Positions 12,516 to 25,339 of a DNA stretch of 64,000 bases are shown here, one piece after another (position 1 is the first letter of the stretch; each line of letters begins with the position of its first letter). The DNA is taken from assembly GCA_024137785.1 (NCBI GenBank), contig JAHRHZ010000048.1, positions 10,386,168 to 10,450,167 on the forward strand, in the 5' to 3' direction. Source of the DNA: Ginglymostoma cirratum. Its lineage: Eukaryota. The notes under the pieces were generated by a model. It ran no database searches. It worked only from the letters and a program-made list of their open reading frames with translations, and had not been told where the DNA came from. Position numbers and translations under genes: made by a program.

Positions 12516-12604
12516 ACAAGGCGTGGGGCTGGATGAACACAGTAGGTCAAGCAGCATCATAGGAGCAGGAAAACATGACGTTTCGGGCCTAGACCCTTCA
12601 TCAG
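12516..12604 (-). mobile_element. 89-bp PLE family A mini-insert with 16-bp TSD
   Basis: aacaagtattgatata at 12500-12515 and 12605-12620 flanks a PLE 3' end sequence. Confidence 0.9.
12577..12604 (-). ncRNA. Minimal hammerhead ribozyme motif (PLE type)
   Basis: Minus strand reads CUGAUGA-A-GGGUCUAGGCCC-GAAA-C-GUC: both core boxes, stem II and a GUC cleavage triplet. Stem I pairing is weak and activity is untested. Confidence 0.7.
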
Positions 12605-14124
12605 AACAAGTATTGATATACTTGCAGATCAGGACCAAAGTCAATAACATAAATTAATGACTTGCTCACAATTTCTATTATTTCACTCTTCCTTCTCTCA
12701 CTCTCTTTCTTCTGTACTTCAGCTTTTCTCTACATTTCCACTGCATTGTTAGAATTCCGATGACTGGTTCCTGATTCCATGATTTTTCTTCCATATTCCC
12801 CCTGTTTCTGTTCAAAATGGTCTTCACCCTCTTCTCACCTGAGTGTCTATCTCACTGGCGCACTTTAATTCCAGCTTTGTGATTATGGCTCTTGGTTTTG
12901 ACAGTTGAGATTTTACTCTCTCCCTGTCTTTGTGCAGCATTCCTGGTCATTCTTCATGTGGCCACCTGAAACTGTTTGGTAAGAGCAGCAAGCAGCAGAC
13001 AGGATCAGGAGTAGCAGCTTTGTTTGTTCTTGTAGACACTCAGACATACTCATTTACCACAACAGCCTCCTACAACACAGTGCTCAAAATCCTACTCAGA
13101 GATGTCTTTAGCAGGAGTGTACACAACAATTGAGTGAAGAGGAGTTTCAAGTGGATGCCAGGAAATGCAGACTCTGCCTGTGCATTATTTCTAACACCTC
13201 TTGTGAATAGTCCAGTGTCCTGATCTATCTCACCCACATTTTAGTTATCTTGTTTACCTTTTACAAATCTCTTAAAACAATATTGTACTCTACTATGCAA
13301 AAGACATTCCTCTGAACCAACATTATTCAAATACCATTATTTACCCATGCTGTTCCGAAGTAGTGGACCTACTGATTGAGTTTAAACAGGCAGTCACACA
13401 ATACTTAAACTTAAGCCAAGTGGAACTAAACTTTCAAATCCAAATTCCTGGTTATTCACAGTGCAATTGCATGCTTTGTTCTGTCTCTGTATGTAGTCAT
13501 TTTAGAACACACACTGTTTAAAAAATAGCTTTAGGTGTTATTTGACTGCTCTTAAAAGAAAACCATGCCAATTATTCCATGTTCTCAGCAAAGAAATTGC
13601 ATTTAGAGGGATTGAAATTGGAGATAGCTCTTCAAAAAAATAGATTAAACAATACTAGGATATGTACTTGAAGTACTTTAATTTATGGGGCTGTGGCCAA
13701 GAGCTGGCGTGTGTGATTAATCTGGAGAGCTCTTTTTTGGGCTGGTATAAATATGATGGGCTGATTGACCTTCTTTTGGAATATAAACTTTCTATATTAC
13801 AACAGTGCCTTTCCCAATTTTCCAATTTATGTGTCATGAAGTATTGGTCTTTACTTTGGCCCAGGATTACAGAATCACAATATTATTTTTAAATAACTTT
13901 AATATCCAACAAGTTATTGAGAGTAACATTACCATGCTAATGTTTAATGTGCTTGTGTCAAATCCCTTGTAGTGCTATTTTAGAGGACCCTATACTTAAA
14001 CATTGAAACAGGGATTTTCATGTGAATGGGTTAACCGTTCAGCACCCTCGGTAATTTTTGTTTAATAATTGGTCAATTTGTCCATTGGATCTTGCACCCA
14101 ATAGCCTGTTTTAGAATACAGTAT

Positions 14125-15450
14125 TGCAAGAGAATGTGGGAAATGGGAGCAAGAGGGCCTGTTAAATTTGCTTCATCATTTCTTTTAATCACTGCTGATC
14201 TTGGGCTCCAACTCCATTTTGTCATCCCATACCCTTTGAATTCCTGAGAGGTTAGAAATCTGCCAATCTCAACCTTTGATGCACTCAATTTTGGAAGACC
14301 CTCAACCCTCTCGGGGAGAGAATTCTAAAGATTCCACCCTTTGAATGACAAAATTTCTCCACAACCTTAGTCCTAGGTGGTCAGCTCCTCATCCAGAAAT
14401 TCTGGCCTCTTGGTCTAGGTTCACTAGCCAGCAGAAACAATGTTTCAGTATCTCTGCAGTGAAGTCCCTCCAGAATGTTGCATGCTTCAATGAGATCACC
14501 TCTCATTCTTTGAAATTCCAGAGAATATAGACCTAACTTACTGACCCTGTCATCAAAGGCCGAACCTTTCATTCCAAGGAGCAATCATTTTGCTGTTCTG
14601 CCTTGAATGTATGCATATCATTGCTTAAATATGGAGACTAAAATTGTACAGTATTTCAGGTGTAGTCTCACTCTAATTTTGTGTGTTCATTGTACAACCA
14701 ATTCTGTCTGAACATTTGTTTTTTATTTACTCATGGAATGTAAATGTAGCTGGCAGGCCCAGCATTTGTACCTGTCCCTAATTATTCTTGAGGCATCAAC
14801 ATCAACATTCTGCTTTTCTATTTTTAGCACCAAAGTGAATAATCTAGTTTAACCCACATTATATTCCATCTAACACCCTGTTGCACACCTGCTTAACCTG
14901 TTTATTTCTCTTTGCAGCATCTTTGACGTGGAATCTTTGACATCTTTGTGTAATTTGCAGTTTGCAGTCCCACCTAGAGTTGCATCATCAACAAATGTAG
15001 ATATTTTGCTATCTGTCTCCTTGTCATTATTATAGATGGTAAATAGTTGAGGCCCAGCACTGATTCATCCAACAATCCACTAGCCACCTTGAAAATGTTT
15101 TATCAATCCTTACTCATTGCTTTCTATTTATCAAACAATTTTCGATCCATTTTAACATATCACTGCAACTCCATGAGCCTGTAGCTTCCTTATCTTGTAT
15201 CAGCTAATTGAGTGACTCATTATTGAGCGTCTTTTGAAAATCCAAGTGTATTACATCTACTACTTCCCCATTATCTTCTCTACTAGTTATATCCTCAAAA
15301 TAAAACTCTAACAAATTTGTGAAACAGGATTTCCTTTTCATAAAAATATGTTGGTATCCTTAAGAATAGATTCTGGCACTTTCACAATGACTGACGTCAG
15401 TCTAAATAGGCCTGTATTTCCCTATTTTCTCTTTCCTGTCTCTTGAATAA
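14125..15450 (-). mobile_element. Old CR1 LINE 3' part
   Basis: ORF 14381..14584 'LGLYSLEFQRMRGDLIEACNIL...RGQNF'. An RT-like segment (tttgttgatgatgca on minus, ~14980) and a CR1-type 3' UTR follow in order. Heavily diverged. Confidence 0.85.
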
Positions 15451-15679
15451 TGCATGGAAAATAATATTGACATCAAGATCCTGCAAAAAAACACCTGGTA
15501 TTTACATAATTAGCTGAATTTCTATTTCTATTTGCTACTATTCATTTTGTGGAAAGGTGAATATTGCTGAAGATTTCAGTCCAGATATGGGCAAATCTTT
15601 AAAGAGGATGCTACATCCACACATTTGCAGTCTGATAAACCCTATATACCTAAACCCTATAAAACCTATCACCAAGATT

Positions 15680-15786
15680 TTCTGTACGGGGCACTGGTAT
15701 TTTATTTCTCTTGTGGCCAAGTCTGTGTGTATGTGTTCCACAGTGCTTTCAGTAATCAAGGAGTAGTTCTTGACTTCATAGGAAGT
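15680..15786. repeat. Inverted copy of 16711-16818 flanked by 23-bp direct repeats
   Basis: About 95% identical to the reverse complement of 16711-16818 by eye. Direct repeats aaacctatcac(c/t)aagattttctg at 15662-15684 and 15788-15810. Confidence 0.9.
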
Positions 15787-16710
15787 TAAACCTATCACTA
15801 AGATTTTCTGATTTTCTGTTAAGTTGTGTCTTAATTGCCAAACATTTAGAATGCAGGTACAAGAATCTGAATGCACTGTTGATCTCCCTTCACTCATGTT
15901 AATGATACATCAGAGCCTCAGTTGATTGAATCCTTTAAAATGTATTAAAAATAAATTCACAGTCGAGGTAAAGGACTTAACAGAGGGAGCTTGTATTCTT
16001 GTTTCATTGTTCACTTAAAATCTTGTTGAGAGTATTCAATTTGATGGAGGTGGGATGCATTGTCTGACCCTTGATTGAGGTATTGCAAGACTGACGGTAG
16101 ACAGTAGACAAATAACTGTGGGTTTTCCAGGTTCTCAAAGCTCCCCAGATAGATGGTGACTGATGCCATCACTGTCAGGCCAGTATGTTTTTTTTTTGAA
16201 AATTGTGAAGTGTTAGAGGAAGAAAAATTTTTTTGACTGGGCTTTGAAGCTACTATTCATTTCATGTACAGTCCTATCATCTGGAGAAATTATTTCCCTC
16301 AACCTCCTCTGCATGCCACCCACTTCATGCATATTATACAGCTGAAACATTCGTTCTCACACCCACACCAGCATTATTTTGAACCTGACAATGGCACAGT
16401 TGTCTCAAACTGGCTTACCTTTCAATTTTTTGGGAGGGGTGCACACCTTTGTTTTGTACCTTCCCGTAGTTGCCAGTTGGCAGTAGCTGTGTGGGAAATT
16501 GCAGGAAAAAGCCCATTTCCTAACATTTCGGGGTACAGCCTTTCGATGATCTTGGGACTTTCTCACCAACCTGTATTATCAGTCATCTCTGTCCAAAACA
16601 ATCGTAAACTGGGCCTTGCTTAAAAAATCTATAGTACATCTTTGATTATGCGATAAAATAAAGTGGCCAAAATCTTGTTATCCAGGCATTGTACATCTCT
16701 CTCACTTTTT

Positions 16711-16818
16711 ACTTCCTATGAAGTCAAGAACTACTCTTCGATTACTGACAGCACTGTGGAACACATACACACAGACTTGGCCACAAGAGAAATAAAATAC
16801 CAGTGGCCCTGTGCAGAA
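16711..16818. repeat. Donor arm of the ~107-bp inverted repeat
   Basis: Also visible in the ORF track as the shared peptide TSYEVKNYS.IT.STVEHIHTDLATREIKYQ in 15538..15897(-) and 16663..16866(+). Confidence 0.9.
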
Positions 16819-19800
16819 GTGCCAAAACACAGTTCATTACCTTCAAATACTTTTACCTTCAAATAATGATACCTACGGGATCTACAGAAATTTTCAATGT
16901 GTCTTTTTTTTTATTACTAGTGATTTTGTGTGCAATAAAAATGTCTTGATTTAGATGTCTTGCTGCTCTGGCCTCCTCCCCTACCGCGGTAATAAGGATG
17001 GGCTACCTGCTGTGACCTGAAGAATGCCACTTCACGGCCACTGCATTGCAAGCAGCTTTTATTTATAGAGCTCAGAAAATGAATGGGTATTAGTGTCCAA
17101 ATATTTCAGCATGCTCTTGCAATGACACACAAAAGCATAGATTTACTGCAAATCTGCACTTTTGTGCCAGTATTCATTCGCACAGGCAGAACTGCTGGCA
17201 AATTGCTGATAGCTGCTGAAAGCCTTGGAATAGAGTTCTACTTTTCAGCTATTCAGAATTAGTTATCAGTCTTGAATAAAACACGCAGCTCCATGTAACT
17301 CTTTCAATACCGAATTGTTCTGATGAAGTTACTATTAGAGATGGTGGTGCTTTACAAACGAGTTGCTAATCCTTCACTAGAAGCTAATTATCGTCCAGTT
17401 AAACTGATATATGGCAAAACTCAAGCTCAGCACAAGCTGGTCTCTGCCAAATTTGAACATTTTGCTTTGAACAAATGGTGAAATTGAGTTTGTTTTTAGA
17501 AGTGTCATATTTTTAAAAATAAGTGAACAAAAATTAGACCAATTTCGCACTGCATGAGAAGCCAGTGGCTGAAGATTTTAACATTCAATTTTCATTACAC
17601 CTGCAATGTTTCATTGCTTGGAAGCAGCTTTTCCTTAACCAATCTGTTCCAATTCTTTGTCCTCAGGAATTTCTGACCATAAATTATCTACAATCTTTAG
17701 TGTGCTAGATTGAGCAGCACTGTAAACTAACTAGATGTTGAAAATTCAATCACGAATCAGAAGTTCTCTCTTGCTCTGTACAGACAGAATTTTGAAAGGT
17801 TTGTGTCTCAACTTTCGACATTCTACTTTTAAGGTCAAGGTTACATTTCAGAAAGAGTTCCAGTATTGTAGCATTCTCGCTGACCTTGCCATATTCAACT
17901 AAGGAGTTATTTCGTGTTGAATGCACCGTGGGGGAAATCTCTTCTGCAGTTCTATCAAATTTTACCTAATGAGGACAAACATGAGAGTAATGAAAGCACA
18001 CATTTTAAATTGCCCTGAAGTGCAAAGGTGATAGATAATGAAAGTATTAATGTAAGTTTGAACTCTTCAATCTATATGGCAAAAGATACCATTTAGGACA
18101 ATGATACCTTTGATTGTTGTGATAGAACCTACTGCCCAGTGCTTTTTTCCTTAAACTTTTATCTTGAGAACTCTTGCAATTTACAAGAAAAGGATTGAAT
18201 ACATTTCTATATTTGTCAACATCGAAAACTTTCAAAAATATGTTATTTACATAAACTACATGTTCATAAGAATATGCCTCTTTTGAAACTGAAGAAGAAT
18301 TTTCATTACTTGTATGGTTAATGACAGCATTAATTATGAATAGCTTTGTGTATTAATTTCACAGACTCATGAATTATTTTCTAACATGTTCCTGAGCAAA
18401 AATGTAGCTGTGCAAAAAAAGGAATTCTTTGAACCATGTTATTGCGACACTCCTGATGAAGTGAGATATGAACTTGGGGTTGGGACATGAATATTTGATT
18501 TTTGTTTGGCAACTGGTCCTTGCAGAAATATACAGTTGCCTTCAATGACTGGATCTACAAGAAACATACGGATCTGGAAAATGGGTTAATGATGCAGAGC
18601 ACAGGGATAGTGGAACTATTTCCATAACAGATCGTCTATTAGTTTGTGAAATGGTGACAAAAGCTTCCTGCAATGTTTAAAGAAACACTTACACACATGC
18701 TTGTGCCACAATAATCAAGTGGCTTATGACGAGTTATAATTGTTTCCTTATCCCACCATGCTGTGGCATCTGCTGACTGCTAGCAGTTTTCCTATCGGTA
18801 GAGGGAATAATGCATACTTATACTTTCATCCAGCAGCAATGAAAGATCTGAAAGATCATGGGGGACATTGCTCTAGTGAATGCTCAATGTCTGGACAAAC
18901 AGGCAGTAATCATGCCATCACTGGTTCCCATATGTGTTTGAAGAATAGACATGACAACCACCTTGCTTAAAATTGAAGCTTTGCCCGTGTTAATAGTTTC
19001 CCAGTGACAATTATAGTTTGGTTCAGAAAATAACTTGGATGCAGATGACCGGAGCAGTTTTAATCTAACAGCACCTTACACTGGCTTCAGTGAACCGCAA
19101 GCTCAGTTGGGAGTATAAAACCCAATGTTGTACGCAATCCCATCAATTTCTCCACTGTTGGGTTATGTTAAAATTGTGCTTTTCTCCACTCTCCTCCGTT
19201 GAAATAAAACCAGCTCCCTCTTTTAAATTGTCTGGTCAGTGTGATTCCTGTACTGAATATTTATCGCCATATGCAAGAAGTGCTATTTTCAGCACTTTCT
19301 GTATCTAAAGCCAGCATAAATATGCAAAAAATATATTAAGGATTTTATAGTATGCATGTTAACAACACAACACAGGATCTTGATGCACTAAATTAGCATC
19401 AATTACCAATCTTCGGCAGTTAACCAGTGTTCTTGATGATATTCTAACCACAATTAAAAATAAAATTGAATAGGGATCATAAAAAGGTCTGTTGTTAGAA
19501 AAATTGCCTATTACTGATTAAGTATTATTGTGATCAAATTGCTTCCTTAAAATGGACTTAGATATACAGCTGATCTTTGCAAATTTTGTTGCTGGATGTT
19601 TTTCTAATAAATTCATTTCACTTCAATTCACAGAGGAAGCGTAAAATTGAAAAGCATTTTTCTTAAGTTTCGAAAGCTTTTATTCCGACTCATTTGATGC
19701 ATTGTGAAAGCTAAAGTTTCACCAAGTTCAAATGAAACTTCTGTGCTATGGATACAGCAACTTTAATCAATTTATAATCAGTGGCCTTGGTATAATTTCA

Positions 19801-21289
19801 AGGCTGCTAGGTGTTATTTGCTAAGGAAACTTCTCCTTTCCCCACCTCATCCAAAATGGTATACAATATAACAGTGTTTTGTGAGAAAAGCTAAAGAAAG
19901 ATGCAATGTGTTTAAGTGACAGCTGAGTTTCCACTTAAAGTGGAGCTCAATTGAATCTCTGGTATAATTTTGCAAAAAAACTTACAAGCGTACAGATTAC
20001 TGACATGTGACACTGTTGGAATTTAAGGGTGAAATATGCTTGATAATTTAAAAACCAAGTCCACATATATGGCAAATCGATGAGGTTATGGTCAGACCTG
20101 CATAAGAGCTGCAGAGCTTTGTGCACAGTGCAGAATAACTTCGCACTGAAATCCTGAAGACACTTTTTCATACTTAGCTCCAACCATTATACTTATCAAA
20201 GCAAATATCTCTTATATTCCACTCTAACTTTACTGTAAATATTTTGAAACAGTTTAAAGTTAATGGAGAGGTAAATGTAATTTTTGTAATTTTTATTAGT
20301 TCCAGAATCATTTCACCCACACATAGATTAGGATTATTTTGGTAAACAATAACAGGCATTACAAAATAAAAGTTACACGTAGTTTCGAAGTTTACAAAGC
20401 ACTTAATTAATTCTCATGCAAAATTTTAAGTTATTCACACCAAAAGTAGTTCTAAAATGAATTCTTTCACAAGCTTATAATAATGCAGAGACTTTTCAAT
20501 TCAGGTATATGCAGTATTGCTGGAAACAAACAAAAATGCTCCTGTAAGACTATAAATCCCTTTATTTTTAATCATATTCAAGTCCTAGCTGTGCCAAGCT
20601 TAATTTGCATCTATTAGTGTGGGAGTCTACAGTGTGCTTTTCCTTACGCACACTTACCGAAGATGATATTGTGACATCCCGCAGTAACAAGCATTCTTCT
20701 GTTTAAATTTATATCAATTAGTTAGTAACAGTAATTCAATCTGACAGTGCAGTGGATGTTGAAAGACTTGTGACGATGTCACTGAGGCGACCTTTCTTCC
20801 TGCTCACAGCCAAAAGCCATTTTTAACAAGGAATTGTGAAAGAACTGCTAGCTCAGCCATACTTTGATAATTAGTTATTGATTAAGAACAATGTAGTACT
20901 GAATATTGCCGGATTAGTTTGACGCTAGCGGGTCATGACATTCAGACCTTATCACAATAATCCACTAAAATATATATCATACTCTAACAAGTTATTGTTA
21001 TCTTCTATTTTGTAATTCATTGGACCTCAGCACTGAGGGGCAACAGTATTATTACTAAGGGTACACGGAGACTAGATTTTAACCATATTCAAAAAAAAGT
21101 ACACTAGTTATCTAAGAACATCATTTGCCTGAAATTTGTCTTTCAGGCAGTACTTGTTCCAGAGAATGGTCAGTTATTAATGCAAACGACCTTTAAGTAG
21201 CGTCACAAAGTAAGACTTGGTGCAACATTTTCTGCAACTTTACAAAACATCAGACATATTGATAGATGGCAACCTTTTTTTTGAAGTTT

Positions 21290-21500
21290 GGAGCAGATAA
21301 AGAGTGACCCATGCACTGATTCCTCGGCTATCCAGTCCGATATGCTTATGTCGGTTTTTTGAAAGAAATGCCCAATTAGTTCTAATCTGCAGCTTTTTAC
21401 CTATAGCCTGGTATATGTTTCTTTTTCTAGTGTCTATCCAGCTCACTTTTGAAAGTTACTACTGAAGCTGCTTCTGTTATCTTTTCAGGCCGAGAATTCC
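21290..21500 (-). mobile_element. Degenerate CR1-like 3' end
   Basis: tatccagctcacttttgaaagttactactgaagctgcttc...ttcaggccgagaattcc resembles the reverse-strand CR1 C-terminal/3' UTR pattern of the other copies. Confidence 0.5.
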
Positions 21501-21922
21501 CGAGGAAGGAACACAGATAGGGAATCAATTACTAGTTGCCTGTGACTCTTCATCATGAATGTTCAGGTAGAACACTGACTATGTAATCTGTACCCTCCAA
21601 GTGTTTGGAGCACCGATACAGAAGACATCCTCTAACTTTTCTCATATGCTCAGATAGAAACAATTGATTCTACCAGTGTTTAGTATTCAGAATATGGAAC
21701 AATTCCCTAGACTTATTAAATTCACTGATAACTGTTGCCATTATTAACTGTTTTAGCACTAGTTTTGAAGTGGAAATATTGTATTTGGGCATATTTGTTA
21801 CCAACAAATTGAAATCTTTGATATAGACAAAATTACTGCCAAAGCATTTTGTTTCTGTGATAACAAGGTGTAGACCTGGATGAACACAGCAGGCCAAGCA
21901 GCATCAGAGGAGTAGGAAAGCT

Positions 21923-21950
21923 AACGTTTCGGGTCGAGACCCTTCGTCAG
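21923..21950 (-). ncRNA. Minimal hammerhead ribozyme motif, left PLE arm
   Basis: CUGACGA-A-GGGUCUCGACCC-GAAA-C-GUU with palindromic AACGUU at stem III. Confidence 0.7.
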
Positions 21951-22993
21951 AAATGGGGGAGGGGAAGGGGATTCTGAAAAAAATAGGGAGAGAGGGGGAG
22001 TTGGATAGAAGATGGATAAAGGAGAACATAGGTGGAGAGGAGGCAGACAGGTCAAAGAGGCGGGGTGGGAGCCAGTAAAAGTGAATGTAAGTGGGGAGTT
22101 AGGGAGGGGATAGGTTGGTCCAGGGAGGATGGACAGGTCAAGGAGGCAGGGTGAGGTCAGTGGGTAGGAGATGGGGATGGGGCTTGAGGTGGGAGGAATA
22201 GTTAGGGAGGCGGGGACGAGCTAGGCTGCTTTTGGGATGCAGTCGGGGGAGGGGAGATTTTGAAGCTTGTGAAGTTCACATTGATACCCTCGGACTGCAG
22301 GGTTCCCAAGAGAAATATGAGATGCTGTTCCTGCAGCCTTCGGGCGGTATCATTGTGGCAATGCAGGAGGTCCAGGATGCACATGTCGTCCAAGGAGTGG
22401 GAGGGGGAGTTGAAATGGTTCTTTACTGGGAGGTTCAGTTGTTTGTTGAGAGCATAGGTGTTCCACAAAGCAGTCCCCAAGGAACACCTACGCTCGGTTC
22501 GCAACAAACAACTACACCTCCCAGTCGTGGACCATTTCAACTCCCCCTCCCACTCCTTGGACGATATGTCCATCCTGAGCCTCCTGTGTTGCCACAATGA
22601 TGCTACCGGAAGGCTGCAGGAACAGCATCTCACATTTCGCTTGGGAACCCTGCAGCCCAAGGATATCAATGTGGACTTCACAAGCTTCAGAATCTCCCCT
22701 CCCCGACCGCATCCCAAAACAAGCCTAGCTTGTCCCCGCCTCCCTAACCATTCCTCCTGCCTCAAGCCCCACCCCCATCTCCTACCCACTAGCCTCATCC
22801 CGCCTCCTTGACCTGTCCGTCCTCCCTGGACCAACCTATCCCCTCCCGAACTCGCCACCTACATTCATCTTCATTGGCTCCAACCCCGCCTCTTTGCTCT
22901 GTCTCTTCTCGACCTATCTCCTACTTTATCCACCTTCTATCCACCTCCCCTGTCTCCCTATTTATTTCAGATTCCCCTTCTCCTCCCCCATTT

Positions 22994-23021
22994 CTGAAGA
23001 AGGGTCTCGACCTGAAACGTC
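22994..23021 (+). ncRNA. Minimal hammerhead ribozyme motif, right PLE arm (stem II closing pair G-U)
   Basis: CUGAAGA-A-GGGUCUCGACCU-GAAA-C-GUC. Confidence 0.6.
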
Positions 23022-23704
23022 AGCATTCCTGCTCCTCTGATGCTGCTTGGCCTGCTGTGTTCATCCAGCTCTACACCTTGTTATCTCAGACTTGCCAGCA
23101 TCAGCAGTTCCTACTACCTCTGTAACATTTTGTTTCTGTGAATTTTTATTAATCCTCATACAAGTATTTACATATTTTTACATGGTGGAAGTACATGTTA
23201 TAATTTTTCATTCTGCATTGCCCCTTATCAAACTGTATGACAGATTTTATGATCAACAAAAATCAAATGTAATTAAGTTTCCAGGTATTAGTAAATATTT
23301 CTGAGTTAAATGGGTTATTTGTTTGATAGGAACAGGTTGTATCTGAATCTATTTTTGAGGGCAAGCAATGTTGAAGGTTTTGCTTTGGTTCTCCAGTAAA
23401 GAAACCTCTAAACACACTGAAAGGTAAGAATATGGTAGCAAAACAGGGAAGCATATTATAAGTGTAACCATTTTGGTGAAAATGAACAAAATGGAAATAA
23501 TTAATTTTCTTTCAAGTTTTAGCTATTTATATATGAATTGAAACTAAAACACATGCACAGTCTTTGATACACTCACTGGCAAGCTGACTTTTCAAAATAC
23601 CTGCTTGCACATCTGTCTGGAGAGAGCAGGCTTGATTAGAAATTGGGTTAGTGACCCCAGAAGAACTGAAGAGACTTCCAAAGGGAGAAGATGGCCAAGC
23701 AGAA

Positions 23705-24025
23705 GGGTGGCATGTTGGAACAGTGGTTAGCACTGTTGCCTCACACCATCAGGGAAACGGATTTGATTCCAGCCTTGGATGGCTGTGTGGAGTTTGAGCA
23801 TTCTTCCTGTGTCTGAAACCAGTGCTCCAGTTTCTTCCCACAGTCCAAAGATATGTGCATTAGATGGATTGGCCATGCTAACTTGCCCAGTAGTGTCCAG
23901 GAATGCATAGGTCAGGTGGATTGGCCATGGTAAATGTGGGATTATGGGGATGGGTCTGAATGGATGCTCTTTGGAGGGTTGATGCAGTCTTGATGGTCTG
24001 AATGATGTCAACCTATGTACCATCC
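23705..24025 (+). mobile_element. HE1-like tRNA-derived SINE
   Basis: A-box-like head cagtggttagcactg, decayed B box, body gtgtggagtttg..cattct, cccacagtccaaagat, ggattggccatgctaa. Homologous to 49395, 54249, 47085 and 48640. Confidence 0.8.
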
Positions 24026-24504
24026 AATTCCATGGCCTTTTTTGCCCCTATAACAACTTAGAGCTAATTAATGCAAGCTCATGTTTACCTCCCAAATAAG
24101 CAGCCTTTGCTCTTACTTCTATTATATCAAATCAGCTAGTACCGACCATAGGAAGAGCTGAGGACCCATACAGAGATAAGATAAAATGAAATCCTACAAA
24201 ATATGACTTGAAGTGTCCATTGCAGACCTCTGCATATTTTTGAAAAAATATTCATCTTCACAAAAATGAATTAACTCATTTTTCATATAGTCTACTAAAT
24301 AAAGACTTATAGTAACAAAATTTCATTCAAGTCAACAATGGCTTCTAACCAGGGTTGATATTCATTGGCTCACGTCTAAGAGTATATAAGGCCTTGTAGT
24401 CATCAATCAAGCTAAGAAATGGCAGGTACCTTACCACGATAATGACAGTTGTAAAATTATTCGAGCAATGTTCGTCCTTTCATAGAAAACTTCAAGCTCT
24501 TCTT

Positions 24505-24630
24505 TCTTTATTCATGGGATGTGGGCGTCACTGGCAAGGCCAGCATTTAAAGCCCAGTGTTAATGGCCCTGGAGAAGGCAATGGTGACTTATTATCTTGA
24601 ACTGTACCTCAAATGTAGGAACACCCACAA
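24505..24630 (-). mobile_element. Short LINE-type 3' fragment (second copy at ~14725-14790)
   Basis: ttcatgggatgtgggcgtcactggcaaggccagcattt is similar to ctcatggaatgtaaatgtagctggcaggcccagcattt at ~14730. Family and strand are from recall. Confidence 0.45.
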
Positions 24631-24732
24631 TGTATGTCAACAGATAGAGTGAAATAGCAATCAATAATATTTTAACACTGCAGACAAATTTTTGGAAAGT
24701 TTCAAGGGCAGGACTTTTAAATGCCTTAACAA

Positions 24733-24876
24733 TTTGACAGCTGCCTTTGGCAGGTATTTTCGGCAGGTTCTCTTAATAGGTGCCTTTGACAGATCCACTT
24801 AACACTTTTCACGGGCTCTCTTGACACATTCCTTTGACAAGTGTTTCTGACAGTTTTGGCAGGTGCTTTTGACAGA
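24733..24876. repeat. Degenerate 13-bp tandem repeat
   Basis: tttgacagctgcc / tttggcaggtatt / ttcggcaggttct / cttaataggtgcc / tttgacagatcca and further units. Confidence 0.7.
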
Positions 24877-25226
24877 TCTGGTGACAATCCCTACGAAAAT
24901 GTCAGTAATAAAAAATAATGGATTTTTTACAAACATTTCTGCCTTTTTATAGCAATTCCAAAGGACATCTAACTTCCCCAAAGGACAACTTACATCAAAG
25001 AATACTTTACAATTCCGCTAGCATCTCGCTACACATGAGTGCTGTTGGTGAAGGTAAAATGGCGCCTTAAAGAGGAGATCATAGATTTAGCATTATAATC
25101 TGAAATTTTGGCAATTAAGTTTTGCATTTAATGATCATGGACTTGACGTACAATAACTTCTGTGAGGCATTAGATTAAGGATACTGATGAGAAGAGATAT
25201 TATGTTGAATAGCCCACTTCCTGCAC

Positions 25227-25322
25227 AAAAACAGAAGTTGCTGGAGAAGCTCAGTAGGTCTGGCAGCATCTGTGAAGAGAAATCAGAGTTAACATTTCGG
25301 GTCCAGAGACGCTTCCTCAGAA
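25227..25322 (-). mobile_element. 96-bp PLE-type mini-insert (family B) with 12-bp TSD and hammerhead motif
   Basis: cacttcctgcac at 25215-25226 and 25323-25334. Minus strand guu-CUGAGGA-A-GCGUCUCUGGACCC-GAAA-UG-UU-aac, with stem I guu/aac. Confidence 0.85.
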
Positions 25323-25339
25323 CACTTCCTGCACTCATC

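Larger units (their letters stand above)
21861..23125. mobile_element. Palindromic Penelope-like retroelement: two 5'-truncated copies head-to-head, GIY-YIG C-terminus plus 3' repeat, 16-bp TSD
   Basis: Arms ~21859-22464 and 22481-23085 are inverted around a 16-nt spacer. Both encode 'LPV..HFNSPSHS.DDM.IL.L..C......R.LQEQHL.F.LGTLQ..GIN', typical of PLE GIY-YIG C-termini. The right arm has a ~35-nt extra tail. cattttgtttctgtga occurs at 21845-21860 and 23126-23141. Confidence 0.92.

Noticed and set aside
15636-15670. Telomere-like (TAAACCC) repeats
   Set aside because: Only two units, not vertebrate TTAGGG. Better explained as stutter at the templated-insertion junction.
19921-19951. Hairpin as a miRNA precursor (also 44809-44835 and 39371-39400)
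   Set aside because: Stems of about 9-12 bp are too short for a pre-miRNA.
20653-20705. 41-nt minus-strand micro-exon (AG...GTAAGT)
   Set aside because: Weak pyrimidine tract, not frame-preserving, and no recognisable peptide or partner exons.
22202-22858. 218-aa ORF as a novel protein
   Set aside because: It reads through the palindrome centre: the antisense of one PLE arm fused to the sense of the other.
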